From: a virus
Strand: one strand, 5' to 3'
Length of the DNA stretch: 64,000 nucleotides
IMG/VR virus record: IMGVR_UViG_3300044712_001062
Span: 1 to 64,000 of that record
Part shown: positions 18,163 to 28,000 of the stretch, one piece after another
Position numbering within the stretch: the first letter of the stretch is position 1
Layout: each line of letters begins with the position of its first letter
Position numbers and translations under genes: made by a program
Notes under the pieces: generated by a model
What the model saw: the letters and a program-made list of their open reading frames with translations, nothing else
Told to the model about the DNA's origin: nothing
Database searches by the model: none

Positions 18163-19209
18163 TTATATTAAACTTTCCCAAACACTCTCAATTTTTGGTA
18201 TCACTGCTTCATAACTATAATTCGCCAAGGCATATCTTTGCCCATCAAATGCATGGAGATTTCTCATCGCATCGTTCTCAATCCACTGATTTAATATCAT
18301 AGTATACTGATCTACATTATCAACTACTACTCCACCACGCCCAATGGTCATTTTCATTGCATTGTAATTAGGTGATGAATGGCTAATACAAGGCAACTTA
18401 TGCAGCATTGCCTCGGCAAGGACCATTCCATAAGTTTCGCCATCTTTGCGACCATGAGTATAAATGTCCAAGGTATTTAAGAATGAACTTACCTCATCCG
18501 CATAATCCAGGAAAGTAATGTGTTTAATGTTGAGTTGTTTGGCCTGTTCTCTATATAATTTACTACCATTGAGTACAATCATATGAGTAAATTCATCCTC
18601 AATATTTTTATATGCCTGTAATTGAATTGGTGAAAATATTCGATCATCAGCCCTTTGATGAAAGCCACATACAGTAACACCCTTATCAATCCCTAATTTG
18701 GATCGCAAATTATCATTATTAACTATTTTACATGGAACTGGAATTGCCGTTGAAATATTTTCACTTCCTCCACTTTTAATCCATTGTTGTCGCAACCACT
18801 CACTATTTAATATGTGATGTTGAACTCCATTAAACTTTACATAAGGTGGAAATACAGTAAACTCACAAAGATTATTTGCCTTACCAAGTGAATTATATGG
18901 ATATTCATCCCATCCAAAATTAGTGCTTTGAACTACATCATAGTCATCTACCTTTAGATTTTTCCACAAGTTGGACCATGTAGATTTTAATTTATTCAAT
19001 GGCCATGGATAATCACAAATATCAAAATGTATTACATTAACATCATGATCAATTAGATATTGCTCACGATCTGGACTTGCATCCATGTTAGTTGTATAAT
19101 AATCAACTTCGAATTTATTGTGATTTACTTCAGCAGCCATAATCTGAAGGAACTTTTCAGTCCCACCATAAAACAACCCATTATGTCTAAAAATAGCGAT
19201 TCGATACAT
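18163..19209 (-). CDS. GT4 glycosyltransferase
   Basis: GGTEK N-terminal motif and ETYGMVLAEAM. Confidence 0.9.
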   Translation of the reverse strand: MYRIAIFRHNGLFYGGTEKFLQIMAAEVNHNKFEVDYYTTNMDASPDREQYLIDHDVNVIHFDICDYPWPLNKLKSTWSNLWKNLKVDDYDVVQSTNFGWDEYPYNSLGKANNLCEFTVFPPYVKFNGVQHHILNSEWLRQQWIKSGGSENISTAIPVPCKIVNNDNLRSKLGIDKGVTVCGFHQRADDRIFSPIQLQAYKNIEDEFTHMIVLNGSKLYREQAKQLNIKHITFLDYADEVSSFLNTLDIYTHGRKDGETYGMVLAEAMLHKLPCISHSSPNYNAMKMTIGRGGVVVDNVDQYTMILNQWIENDAMRNLHAFDGQRYALANYSYEAVIPKIESVWESLI

Positions 19210-20209
19210 TTTTAATCTTCCATATTATAATTGACATCAAATAGTTATAAATCCTACTAAATTCCCCACGCCAAACAAGATTCTTCACTTGATTCCAATT
19301 AAGTAATAAGTGGAGGTATCTTGCAGACATCACATCCTTATAAACTACCCGATTATAATTGAAATCCTTGACAACTTCTTGAGCAATTTGCAATATTTCG
19401 ATGTCTCTCCAAACATCCAGGGAGTAAAATTCATCAGACCAATTATTTACAAACTCTATTTTTATTTTCTCCAAAAATTTATCAGTTGGATTAAAATTCG
19501 AAATAATCCCATTATCGATATTTTCTGGATAAGTTCCATGAGTAATCAAACTTACATTTTCATCAATGTTTCGCAAATATCTCAAATTACAAGTATGTTG
19601 ATCGAGATCTCGTCTATACTCCAAGATATGATAATATCGCTTTTTCAACCTTAAAAAATTTGAATTACATCCACCAAAATGAAATAGGCGTTCATTAGTA
19701 ATTATGTATTTTTTAGGATTAGAAATTGGATGTCCATATGGAGTTTTATCTTCATGAATTAAATCCTGGCCATTCAAATTATCAAATGAATTATCATGCC
19801 AAGCCAACGCCTGTAACTTGCAATCAAAATTATCCAATTCGTAATTCAAATTGCTGGATACATGAGTCCACAAACACCCAATAGCCATACCACTGGGCAA
19901 CTTTGGCAATTCAACATTTAAATATGTTATTAATTCCTCGCTTAAAATTTCATCAGCATCTATACAAATGAAATGTGTACCGAAGTGTTCTCTACCTTTA
20001 TCGATGGTAAATTGCCTACGATCTTTATAAGACATTGACATTACTTCATCATATACATAAACATTTGAAAATTGCCCAAGATATTCCCTGGTATTATCTG
20101 TTGAATTGTCCAAGATGATTACTTCATCAACCACCCTTAACAAATTCGGCAAGGAATATTTAATGAAATGTTCCTCATTATAAGTGATCATCAAGCCAAT
20201 TTTCTTCAT
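19187..20209 (-). CDS. GT2 glycosyltransferase
   Basis: ITYNEE, VDEVIILDNSTDNT, IDADE. Confidence 0.9.
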   Translation of the reverse strand: MKKIGLMITYNEEHFIKYSLPNLLRVVDEVIILDNSTDNTREYLGQFSNVYVYDEVMSMSYKDRRQFTIDKGREHFGTHFICIDADEILSEELITYLNVELPKLPSGMAIGCLWTHVSSNLNYELDNFDCKLQALAWHDNSFDNLNGQDLIHEDKTPYGHPISNPKKYIITNERLFHFGGCNSNFLRLKKRYYHILEYRRDLDQHTCNLRYLRNIDENVSLITHGTYPENIDNGIISNFNPTDKFLEKIKIEFVNNWSDEFYSLDVWRDIEILQIAQEVVKDFNYNRVVYKDVMSARYLHLLLNWNQVKNLVWRGEFSRIYNYLMSIIIWKIKNVSNRYF

Positions 20210-21090
20210 AGATGTTCCTTGATGGAATTTATCATACCATTAAGTAAGGTGTATTGGACGAATTTTGGACATTCCACATATGAAAATCTAAAAATTATCT
20301 TCATTAAATATACCAAGGTTATCCATAAATTTGTCAACCACTGCCCTTTCATCCAACTAATCATAAAGTAATTCAACAATATGCATTTTATTCCATTTAT
20401 TTTATTAAAATTTCTATATATAACCTCATCATAATTTGACAAATATCGTGAAGGGTTTCCAACATCAACTGAACCTTTATGATATGCAATGGCATCTGAA
20501 TCAATAATAACTAATTTATTATCCTTTAGACATTTCAATGACAAATCCAATTCATTCATATAAATATTAAAAGTTTCATCATAGAAATCAAATTTTGCAA
20601 TATCAGATTTCCTCATCAATGCACATGCACCTTTGAAATCAAAGTATAAAATTGAACCATCCAATTTAATCTTTTGGCCATTTACATTTCTAATATGCAT
20701 TTGAATTTCATCATCCAAGCCCCTGACTCCAGCACCCACAATTGCCATATCAGGTTCGCTAATAATATCATCATATAAAAATTGCAAACAATGTCTTTCC
20801 ATCCAAGCATCATCATCTAAAACAACAATGAATTCACCATTAGCCATCTTAAATGACTTATTTAATGTTTGCATTGCTGTAAAATTACTATGGGGCATCC
20901 TATAATATATAAGTCGATCACCCAATAGATTTCCAAGGTGATAGAGGTATTCCACAGTATGATCCCTGCTTGCATTATCAACAATTACCAATTCCCAATC
21001 AGTAAATGTTTGTTCAAGAACAGATTTTACACATCTTCTCAAATCATCAATTCGATTAAACGTGCTTATACATATAGATACCCGTGGCAT
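20206..21090 (-). CDS. GT2 glycosyltransferase
   Basis: MPRVSICISTFNR, VVDNAS.D-like motif, LDDD, ELDLS; start moved to MPRVS. Confidence 0.92.
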   Translation of the reverse strand: MPRVSICISTFNRIDDLRRCVKSVLEQTFTDWELVIVDNASRDHTVEYLYHLGNLLGDRLIYYRMPHSNFTAMQTLNKSFKMANGEFIVVLDDDAWMERHCLQFLYDDIISEPDMAIVGAGVRGLDDEIQMHIRNVNGQKIKLDGSILYFDFKGACALMRKSDIAKFDFYDETFNIYMNELDLSLKCLKDNKLVIIDSDAIAYHKGSVDVGNPSRYLSNYDEVIYRNFNKINGIKCILLNYFMISWMKGQWLTNLWITLVYLMKIIFRFSYVECPKFVQYTLLNGMINSIKEHL

Positions 21091-21313
21091 ATATATAACA
21101 GTTATATTTATAGATTTATAAATGTTTGGATTTAAAAAATCAAACTTTCCACAAATCCAATTACATACCAAAATAAATACATCACAATCAGCATTGGTAA
21201 TATAGTCCAAAATCCAAAATAAACAAGAATAAATAATGAACAAATTAGAAACATCGAAGCATTAAGTAAAGTTAAACACAAAAATTGACAATAGGTGATC
21301 ATCATATAACCTA

Positions 21314-21532
21314 TTATTCGCCAATTTTAGAACTATAATGTGAGAATATTGTCAATTCCAGGAACAACATCGATAGATATGTCCAAATTGTAATTGGAAT
21401 TGCCGAAGTAAATATCACACCAACAAATAAATTGTTCAGCGAAACGATTACTCCAAGTGGAATTAGAGCAACTAGAATGATCATTACAATCACAAAACCA
21501 ATAACTTTCAAATCCATAATACAAATATACAA
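21314..21532 (-). CDS. small two-helix membrane protein
   Basis: two hydrophobic segments. Confidence 0.55.
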   Translation of the reverse strand: MYICIMDLKVIGFVIVMIILVALIPLGVIVSLNNLFVGVIFTSAIPITIWTYLSMLFLELTIFSHYSSKIGE

Positions 21533-21565
21533 TTCATAATATATAAGTGTAACCCAATCAATACA

Positions 21566-21650
21566 TTTTTATATAGTTATGATCATACTTGTATGTGCAG
21601 AGGGCGAAACAAGGAAGGGAAATTTTTCTTCCTTTTGTTTTGTTCAGAGT
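21566..21650 (+). ncRNA. dispersed hairpin small-RNA unit, copy 5
   Basis: TTTTTATA-11nt-ATACTTGTATGTGC, hairpin GGGCGAAACAA GGAAG../..CTTCC TT TTGTTTTGTTC, then AGAGT. Confidence 0.7.
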
Positions 21651-21981
21651 GTTCTTTTACTTACCATTTGGAAAACAGTTCACTGATCGAATGGTTTACT
21701 GATCACCTAATACATTCCCATCCAGATTTTGAATCGGATGTATGCCCATAGAATTTCATTACATATATCTTTTATGCTCATAATTAAATAATAGTAGTTA
21801 TATTATTTAAGTCTTTGTACCCAGAAAATTGCGCGCAAATAATAATAGTGGTATAATGTCATAAAAATAGTAGGGTAAATGTTCAGTTGTCATCAAAGAG
21901 ATTTGGCATGAAATCAATCAATGTGCTTTGGTTGTCCATAATATACATCATCCTTTATACAATATATAACTAATGGAGGAG

Positions 21982-22848
21982 TTAGGTTGCCTCTCCAAAA
22001 GTTAAGTTGGAAGTTAAATTCACTTCAGTTAAGTTTGCAACCTGATCAGATGTCTGATTGTCCACTACAGTTTTATTTGACGAATATTCATTAACAGTAG
22101 TAACATTCAATACTTTATCATATGCATCTTTGAAACCGTTATAACTCGTATCCTTGCCATCGTCAATCCCTGCAAATTCATCTGCTTGAAGAAGGTCATG
22201 CTCGGTAATCTGATTGTTATAACCATACGAACTATCTGATTTGTTGAATCCTTTAGTTGCTGATGTATGAATGTTATTCATCAAGTAACTTCCGTAATTT
22301 GCAGCCTGGAGTCGTGTTGAAGTAAGTACATTGTCGTTTACCATACCAACATCAGCAATATAACCACCGACATTACTTGACATGGTTCCAACCATCTGAC
22401 TTACACGCTGTTCACTGGGGTAACGTGATGAACTTAAATTACTGTCCATGGCAATTATATTACCCTCGGCATCACAAATCGTAGCAGGAATATTAGACCT
22501 CAAATCAGTCATTCCAAGGTTGTCGAAGGAATTGACCATTCCAGCACTTTCAACTTGAACGGTGCTTTCATAACTATTGGATGTCGAAGCGCTTACTGAC
22601 ATATCACGAGCAACACCAGATCTGCCCAATGTCAATGTGGCGTGTGTTGCCCCTTGTTCATTCAAAGTGCCACTTAATGAGCCAAATTTGTAACCGCCAT
22701 CAAGCGCACTGGAATACACAGCAGATTTGGTTGTTGAAGTCCCACCATTATGGTTTACAGAACTTGTGTATCCCGCGTCAATTGGCGATACGATGATCAT
22801 CAAGGCGATCATCAAAATTAAAAAATTAAATTTCATAAAAATCACCAA
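21982..22848 (-). CDS. secreted Ser/Thr/Asn-rich protein
   Basis: signal peptide KFNFLILMIALMIIVSPIDA; clustered N-x-T sequons at the C-terminus. Confidence 0.75.
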   Translation of the reverse strand: MVIFMKFNFLILMIALMIIVSPIDAGYTSSVNHNGGTSTTKSAVYSSALDGGYKFGSLSGTLNEQGATHATLTLGRSGVARDMSVSASTSNSYESTVQVESAGMVNSFDNLGMTDLRSNIPATICDAEGNIIAMDSNLSSSRYPSEQRVSQMVGTMSSNVGGYIADVGMVNDNVLTSTRLQAANYGSYLMNNIHTSATKGFNKSDSSYGYNNQITEHDLLQADEFAGIDDGKDTSYNGFKDAYDKVLNVTTVNEYSSNKTVVDNQTSDQVANLTEVNLTSNLTFGEAT

Positions 22849-23112
22849 CTTTACTTTGGTGCTTCGGCATCTTTAAATGTACATGCCTTTTTAATTCGAT
22901 TCCACCCACGGCTCACTAAACTGGCCTCTTCCTGGAGTTCACCAATTTGCTGTGATACTGTAGATTCTTTCTGGCTATTATTCCTGTTGAGTAATGAGCC
23001 AAATTTTTTCAATACCATACAGTATATTGTATGATTTACATATTATAAAAGATGGTGGTCATAAAGGATCGTGGAATTTTTCAAATTTGAGCGTAGAAAA
23101 GTTCTCAAGATT

Positions 23113-23198
23113 GCTCTAAACAAAATAAAGAAGAAAAAGATATCTTCCTTTCTTTTGTTCTTGGGGCACATACAAATATGATCGTAATTATATATAAA
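23113..23198 (-). ncRNA. dispersed hairpin small-RNA unit, copy 6
   Basis: minus strand: TTTATATA-11nt-ATATTTGTATGTGC, hairpin GAACAAAA..AAGATATCTT..TTTTGTTT, then AGAGC. Confidence 0.7.
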
Positions 23199-23215
23199 TG
23201 TAGTGTGGTGAAATT

Positions 23216-25510
23216 TTAGAACCACTTATCAAGATTGGTTTGACCTTTTATTGCGCCATCCCACTCGATATTAACTGCCCAGAAATATGACTGGAGTTTT
23301 GATTTTATGGTTTTATCTGCCATAGTATGCCAATCAATTTCATTGCGAATTTGTTCAGTATCAAATCCATCATCAATACAAATTACTTGATTATGCAGGA
23401 GATATATTAAGCGGGGTTTTTCACCTTCCTGGATAATATAATTGTAATTTTCTTTTGCGTAATCTCTGCCATTAACCCATGAATTTTTATTGTCATATGA
23501 TATTGCTCGAATTTCCTTTGGCATTGATATTGAGTAAATATCGGCAGTTCCATTCAATACATCATTGTATTTGTTTCGGACATATGATAGGGCTTTATCA
23601 AGATCACCGTCTATGATTGAAGTTGTTAAGAAGTATTTTAGGCAATCCTTGGTAATGTTTGAATTGTCTGATCGTTTTATTTCGAGACCCATGAATTTAA
23701 ATTCATTACAATCTCTACCTTCTTCCCAGATGAGATGTCCTGCATACTTTTTCTTTCCTGGAACATTTCTATTATTTGATTTTGGTTTGAATAGTAATCG
23801 CCTGAATAATTTTTCTGCTTTTAATGTGAAGTGTATTGACGAACCATTTTCATCTGACCACTTGGCAAGTTCTTCATTAAGCCACTTTTCAAGTTCAAGA
23901 CATTCGCTTCCAGTATGCACCTCTGAAATGAAAACGGAATCAGTATCTCCGTACGTTATGGTTTTAGAGCGAGATTCACATAGTTTTTGAATATGCCTAT
24001 TTAATTTTTGCCCAGTGGAAGTTATGAACAATGCTTTCTCCTTATCGTATAATCTCGATGATTTGGCTCCCATTATACCATACACACTGTTAACCAATGA
24101 CTTGGCTGAGGAATCCCTGGCAGATGCTCCAAGCAATCCTTGTTTCTTCTGTTCTCTGTAGACATCTCGCAAGTCCATTAACTTTTTTGTTGACTTTGCA
24201 ATTATGTTGTCAATGTCAGGTGATACATTGTAGCCTACAATGATGTTCGGGTATAAGGCATTTAAATCGACGTTCGCCACCCATTCGTGAATTCCTGACT
24301 GGGGCTTGACTACAAGTGCTCCTTCGAACTTTTCTTTTTCACCACCATACTTTTTACGAGGCATTGGTTTAATACCTTCATGCATGACATAAATTTCAAG
24401 AATGAGACTGTTATGAAGCCCATCCATGATTTTAGATCCTACGAGGACTCGTGTAGTCTCAAAGAAATTATATAACCCTAATTTTTTATCAATGGTTCGT
24501 AGTGCAATAACATCATTTTTACAATATTGAATGTATTCGACAAATCTCTTCTCATTTATTACTCTATCGAGTATAGGCCCTAAATCTTGATATGTGAATG
24601 CTGCATCTTTTAATAGATCTTTATCGGCTATAACAGATTTCAATCCATTTGATTCACGTTGCCCCTTTCCAATATTATATTTCTCAAAGGCTTCCATTTG
24701 GTCAAGGAATGCTCGTCCTGGAACATAACTGCGGAATTTTCCAGTCGTTGAATCATATTTAGTAGAACATTCACCATAACGTGATAACCCACTTAAATTA
24801 GTTCCAATGTTTGATGCTCGCTTAATTAAATATGGTAAGTCGAACTGATCAGAATTCCATGCAGCCATAATATCAGGATTCAATTCTGAAATATACATAG
24901 AGAATATTTTTAATAATTCTTTTTCACTCTCACAATATATTTGATCAGGATCATTTATATTGTCAATTTCAAATGTAAATACTGCAATTTTTTCAGTATA
25001 ATTATCCATAGTCTGAATGGAAACAATTGGATATTCTGAATCATAAGCATGAGGAAATATGCCCTCGGGAGATCTAACTTCAATATCAAAATATACTATG
25101 CGAGGATCCATTGGATGTTCTACATCAACTGGAATTGGTTTGTCATCAACTATTTCATATGCATATTTTATTTTATGATCGACTAAAAATCTTTTATCAA
25201 ATACCACATCACTTTCATCAGTCCAACTATAGATGTCTCGAACCTTGGGAACATCACCAGGGACTCGTACATTAACCCTACAAATCTCACGACCCTTTGC
25301 ATCCAATACAACATTCGGATCAACAGAAGTAATCAAGTGATGATGCTTGTGTGCTTCACTGGCTGGACAATAAAAGTAAGGGGTATATGGAAATGTATTA
25401 GTAATAGTTTCCATTGGATTATTATAATTTCTTGAATATAAATTAACGTAAGGTTTGTTGTCTTTGACGTGATAACCCGATTCCATTACAACCCAAATTT
25501 GAGTATCCAT
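23216..25510 (-). CDS. polB: family B DNA polymerase
   Basis: exonuclease FDIE, WN...FDLPY, YC..D; polymerase DLNALYP, K...NS.YG, YGDTDS; C-terminal PIP box QTNLDKWF. Confidence 0.97.
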   Translation of the reverse strand: MDTQIWVVMESGYHVKDNKPYVNLYSRNYNNPMETITNTFPYTPYFYCPASEAHKHHHLITSVDPNVVLDAKGREICRVNVRVPGDVPKVRDIYSWTDESDVVFDKRFLVDHKIKYAYEIVDDKPIPVDVEHPMDPRIVYFDIEVRSPEGIFPHAYDSEYPIVSIQTMDNYTEKIAVFTFEIDNINDPDQIYCESEKELLKIFSMYISELNPDIMAAWNSDQFDLPYLIKRASNIGTNLSGLSRYGECSTKYDSTTGKFRSYVPGRAFLDQMEAFEKYNIGKGQRESNGLKSVIADKDLLKDAAFTYQDLGPILDRVINEKRFVEYIQYCKNDVIALRTIDKKLGLYNFFETTRVLVGSKIMDGLHNSLILEIYVMHEGIKPMPRKKYGGEKEKFEGALVVKPQSGIHEWVANVDLNALYPNIIVGYNVSPDIDNIIAKSTKKLMDLRDVYREQKKQGLLGASARDSSAKSLVNSVYGIMGAKSSRLYDKEKALFITSTGQKLNRHIQKLCESRSKTITYGDTDSVFISEVHTGSECLELEKWLNEELAKWSDENGSSIHFTLKAEKLFRRLLFKPKSNNRNVPGKKKYAGHLIWEEGRDCNEFKFMGLEIKRSDNSNITKDCLKYFLTTSIIDGDLDKALSYVRNKYNDVLNGTADIYSISMPKEIRAISYDNKNSWVNGRDYAKENYNYIIQEGEKPRLIYLLHNQVICIDDGFDTEQIRNEIDWHTMADKTIKSKLQSYFWAVNIEWDGAIKGQTNLDKWF

Positions 25511-25554
25511 AACTCATATATGATGTTTACATTTATAAAATAGAAGGATCTAAA

Positions 25555-25881
25555 ATTTGTATACCACCAAAGGCCTGACCGCAGCAAGTCTTTGGGATTA
25601 CGATGCCACTGCTGTGATATACAAATACCCCATCCCGGTATGACCCAGAAACAGAGCAAGAGATCTAATTTCCTTTTAATTTGGGCGAGTAAATTAGATC
25701 TCTCCTAATTTCAGCGTTTCCCTGTCCAGATATGTAACGCCATACCAACGTTTACCTTCTGATAGCACTCCTACGGCGAAGGCAACCTGCGTGTCACGTT
25801 TGCTATCCAACGTACCGGGCCGATCCGTTTCACCCAGTAAACCACATCTCGATCCAATGATCGCATATCGGAAGTGGAGAT
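25555..25881 (-). ncRNA. large structured RNA(s) downstream of the tRNA-like domains
   Basis: GC-rich, no listed ORF; stems CCCGGTA/TACCGGG, GATAGCA/TGCTATC, AGAGATCTAATTT/AAATTAGATCTCT, ATTTGTATATCAC/GTGGTATACAAAT, CCAAAG/CTTTGG; potential pseudoknots TGCCTTC/GAAGGTA and CAGCAG/TTGCTG. Confidence 0.65.
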
Positions 25882-25943
25882 ACCCCCCAGATGGAATCGA
25901 ACCATCGAACCCGTATACAGGTTAACCGCCACTTTATAGGGGG
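25882..25943 (-). ncRNA. tRNA-like element B (62 nt, no D-stem, tetraloop in place of the anticodon loop)
   Basis: acceptor CCCCCTA/TGGGGGG, T-arm GATGG-TTCGATT-CCATC, middle hairpin AACCTG-TATA-CGGGTT. Confidence 0.7.
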
Positions 25944-25944
25944 A

Positions 25945-26049
25945 GTCCACACGGCTGGAATTGCACCACCTTAATAGAATATCACCAGTTCTTCAGCGTT
26001 GTCATGACACCGAACGGATTTTTCTACTGAATGCTTGATTACGTGTGGA
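25945..26049 (-). ncRNA. tRNA-like element A with a long extended middle arm
   Basis: acceptor TCCACAC/GTGTGGA, T-like arm TGG-TGCAATT-CCA, stems AGTAGAA/TTCTATT and TTCGGTGT/ACGCTGAA; TTTATATA promoter at 26084-26091. Confidence 0.6.
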
Positions 26050-26273
26050 AATTCGTATTACATACTAATGTTATACTTCAAAATATATAAAGGTTATGAT
26101 CGCCTATAACCCAATTTGAGTAATATAGTTTTTAAGGCAATATGAATTGCAAAATGCTAAATTACGATTAACCAAAACATTTGGTCCTGTGACAATTTCA
26201 ACTTTCTTAATATAAATGGAATGGTTTTTTAGCATTTCCATTACATTATCGCAAAAATCACAATGTTCTATTT

Positions 26274-27782
26274 TCATGATCTCATAGCCTCGCTTAATAT
26301 TGAACTAAATTGTTTGGCTTTTGGGCTTAACATCACAGTAAGTTGATTGGATGATCGTGTTACCGCCACATAATATATGCGATGTTCTTCGGCAAGATCT
26401 CCTGCGGGATTGAACCCCATATCATAGATGATAACTGCTGGCCATTCCAAACCTTTCGAAGCATGGATAGTGTCAATGACTATGGAGTTGGGGTTGATTT
26501 TCTTTCCGCTTTTGATGGCCTTGAAGTAAATTTTCTTCAGGAATTCATCACCCCAGGCAAAATGCAAATTATAGAGATCTTTAATTCCAGTTACTGGATT
26601 TGTATATGCTTCGTTGATGAATTTGCCCATATCGAAATAAGATTTTTTACCACCTTTGGTAATCCACGCAGTTGTCCAAGTATTATAACGGTTGGTTAGT
26701 GATGTGTGGGGAATTCCCGCATAATTCAACATATTATGAATGTCCGTACAACCACGCTTGATACGTGATAGAATGACCACTTTACCATATATTTTATGGA
26801 GGTTTAGAATTTCATCAATAACCTGATCGTTTTTCAGAGGGTCTACCACTTCAATACGACCTCCGATGTACGCGGGATCGCCATGAGAATTATGCCCTAA
26901 TACTTTATCAGCGAAATTTACAATGGCACTTGGATTTCGAAAAGATTTCACCCTTTTGCCATTTTGTGCACCAACATCAATAGCCTTCTCATTGACGATG
27001 TATTTTGGATCTGACCCTCGGAAGGAGTAAATGGCTTGGTTTTCGTCACCGGCGATGTATATGCTTTCGAATACATTTGCATCTCTCCACATTTCATAAA
27101 GTCTGTATTGCAAGGTACTTACATCTTGCATTTCATCAAGTAAGAGCAACTTGCGTTTGTATGGCATCAACTTATTATCAATGCACATTTGGATGTAATC
27201 ATCATGTTCAACTAATTGCCTTGCCTTCTTGAACTCTTTCCATGAATAAAACATTGCTTCGTTGATAGATTCTACTTGCTTGAATTCAAATTCGAATTTA
27301 TTAGCAATATTTGACCATTCACTAATTGGCAACATACAAGTCGTCATATACGAATTGATCTTGAAAAAACAATTACCAGTTGCCAAAGTTTTATTGAAAT
27401 CAGGATCAGTTTCCATTTCGTCGGTGATGTATTTAGATTCATACATCATGTGATTCAATGAGCAAAATTCCATATAATGGTTAATGCAATCCTTACTTTC
27501 GGTGATTACCGTTGCATGTGGCATTAAATTTGACTGTAGAAAGATTGACAATGCTGCGCCATGGATAGTGCGGACATGCGAATTGATGGTTTTTTCATCA
27601 GCAATTTTAAAGATTTTATGAATTCGTGCTTTGATATCGCTGATTTGACTGCGAGTAAATGAAATAAATAAAATGTCCTCGATGTTGAGAGAATTTTCTA
27701 CAACCTGCTCTTCAATGTATTCAAGGAGTCTTGTTGATTTTCCACTCCCTGCTGCTCCAATATACCTAATTACTTTAGTCAT
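26274..27782 (-). CDS. UvrD/Rep-like SF1 helicase
   Basis: GAAGSGKS, LLDEMQD, AGDENQAIYSFRG, TIHASKGLEW, YVAVTRS; start moved to MTKVI. Confidence 0.95.
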   Translation of the reverse strand: MTKVIRYIGAAGSGKSTRLLEYIEEQVVENSLNIEDILFISFTRSQISDIKARIHKIFKIADEKTINSHVRTIHGAALSIFLQSNLMPHATVITESKDCINHYMEFCSLNHMMYESKYITDEMETDPDFNKTLATGNCFFKINSYMTTCMLPISEWSNIANKFEFEFKQVESINEAMFYSWKEFKKARQLVEHDDYIQMCIDNKLMPYKRKLLLLDEMQDVSTLQYRLYEMWRDANVFESIYIAGDENQAIYSFRGSDPKYIVNEKAIDVGAQNGKRVKSFRNPSAIVNFADKVLGHNSHGDPAYIGGRIEVVDPLKNDQVIDEILNLHKIYGKVVILSRIKRGCTDIHNMLNYAGIPHTSLTNRYNTWTTAWITKGGKKSYFDMGKFINEAYTNPVTGIKDLYNLHFAWGDEFLKKIYFKAIKSGKKINPNSIVIDTIHASKGLEWPAVIIYDMGFNPAGDLAEEHRIYYVAVTRSSNQLTVMLSPKAKQFSSILSEAMRS

Positions 27783-27881
27783 GGTTTTATATGTACATAT
27801 ATGAGGGTAGAATATATAAAACCTTGGATGTGACAACAATTTACGAACGAAAAAAGATTAATAATTTAAAAATTTACTACT

Positions 27882-27992
27882 TCAGCACTTCTTGCCTTTA
27901 CAAGGAACAACTTCTTTTTTTCCTTTTTTCATGGGGAACTTCTTCTTGCCCTTGTCATCAGTAGATTTGTTGGCTCCAGTTTTACATGCCAT
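27882..27992 (-). CDS. 36-aa Lys/Cys-rich basic peptide (not in the ORF track)
   Basis: MACKTGANKSTDDKGKKKFPMKKGKKEVVPCKGKKC*. Confidence 0.55.
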   Translation of the reverse strand: MACKTGANKSTDDKGKKKFPMKKGKKEVVPCKGKKC

Positions 27993-28000
27993 AACATAAA

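Noticed and set aside
25555-26049. tmRNA, RNase P RNA, group I intron or canonical tRNA genes
   Set aside because: No alanine-type acceptor, no GAGGAAAGUCC RNase P motif, no group I core elements, not inside a gene, and no standard anticodon arm.
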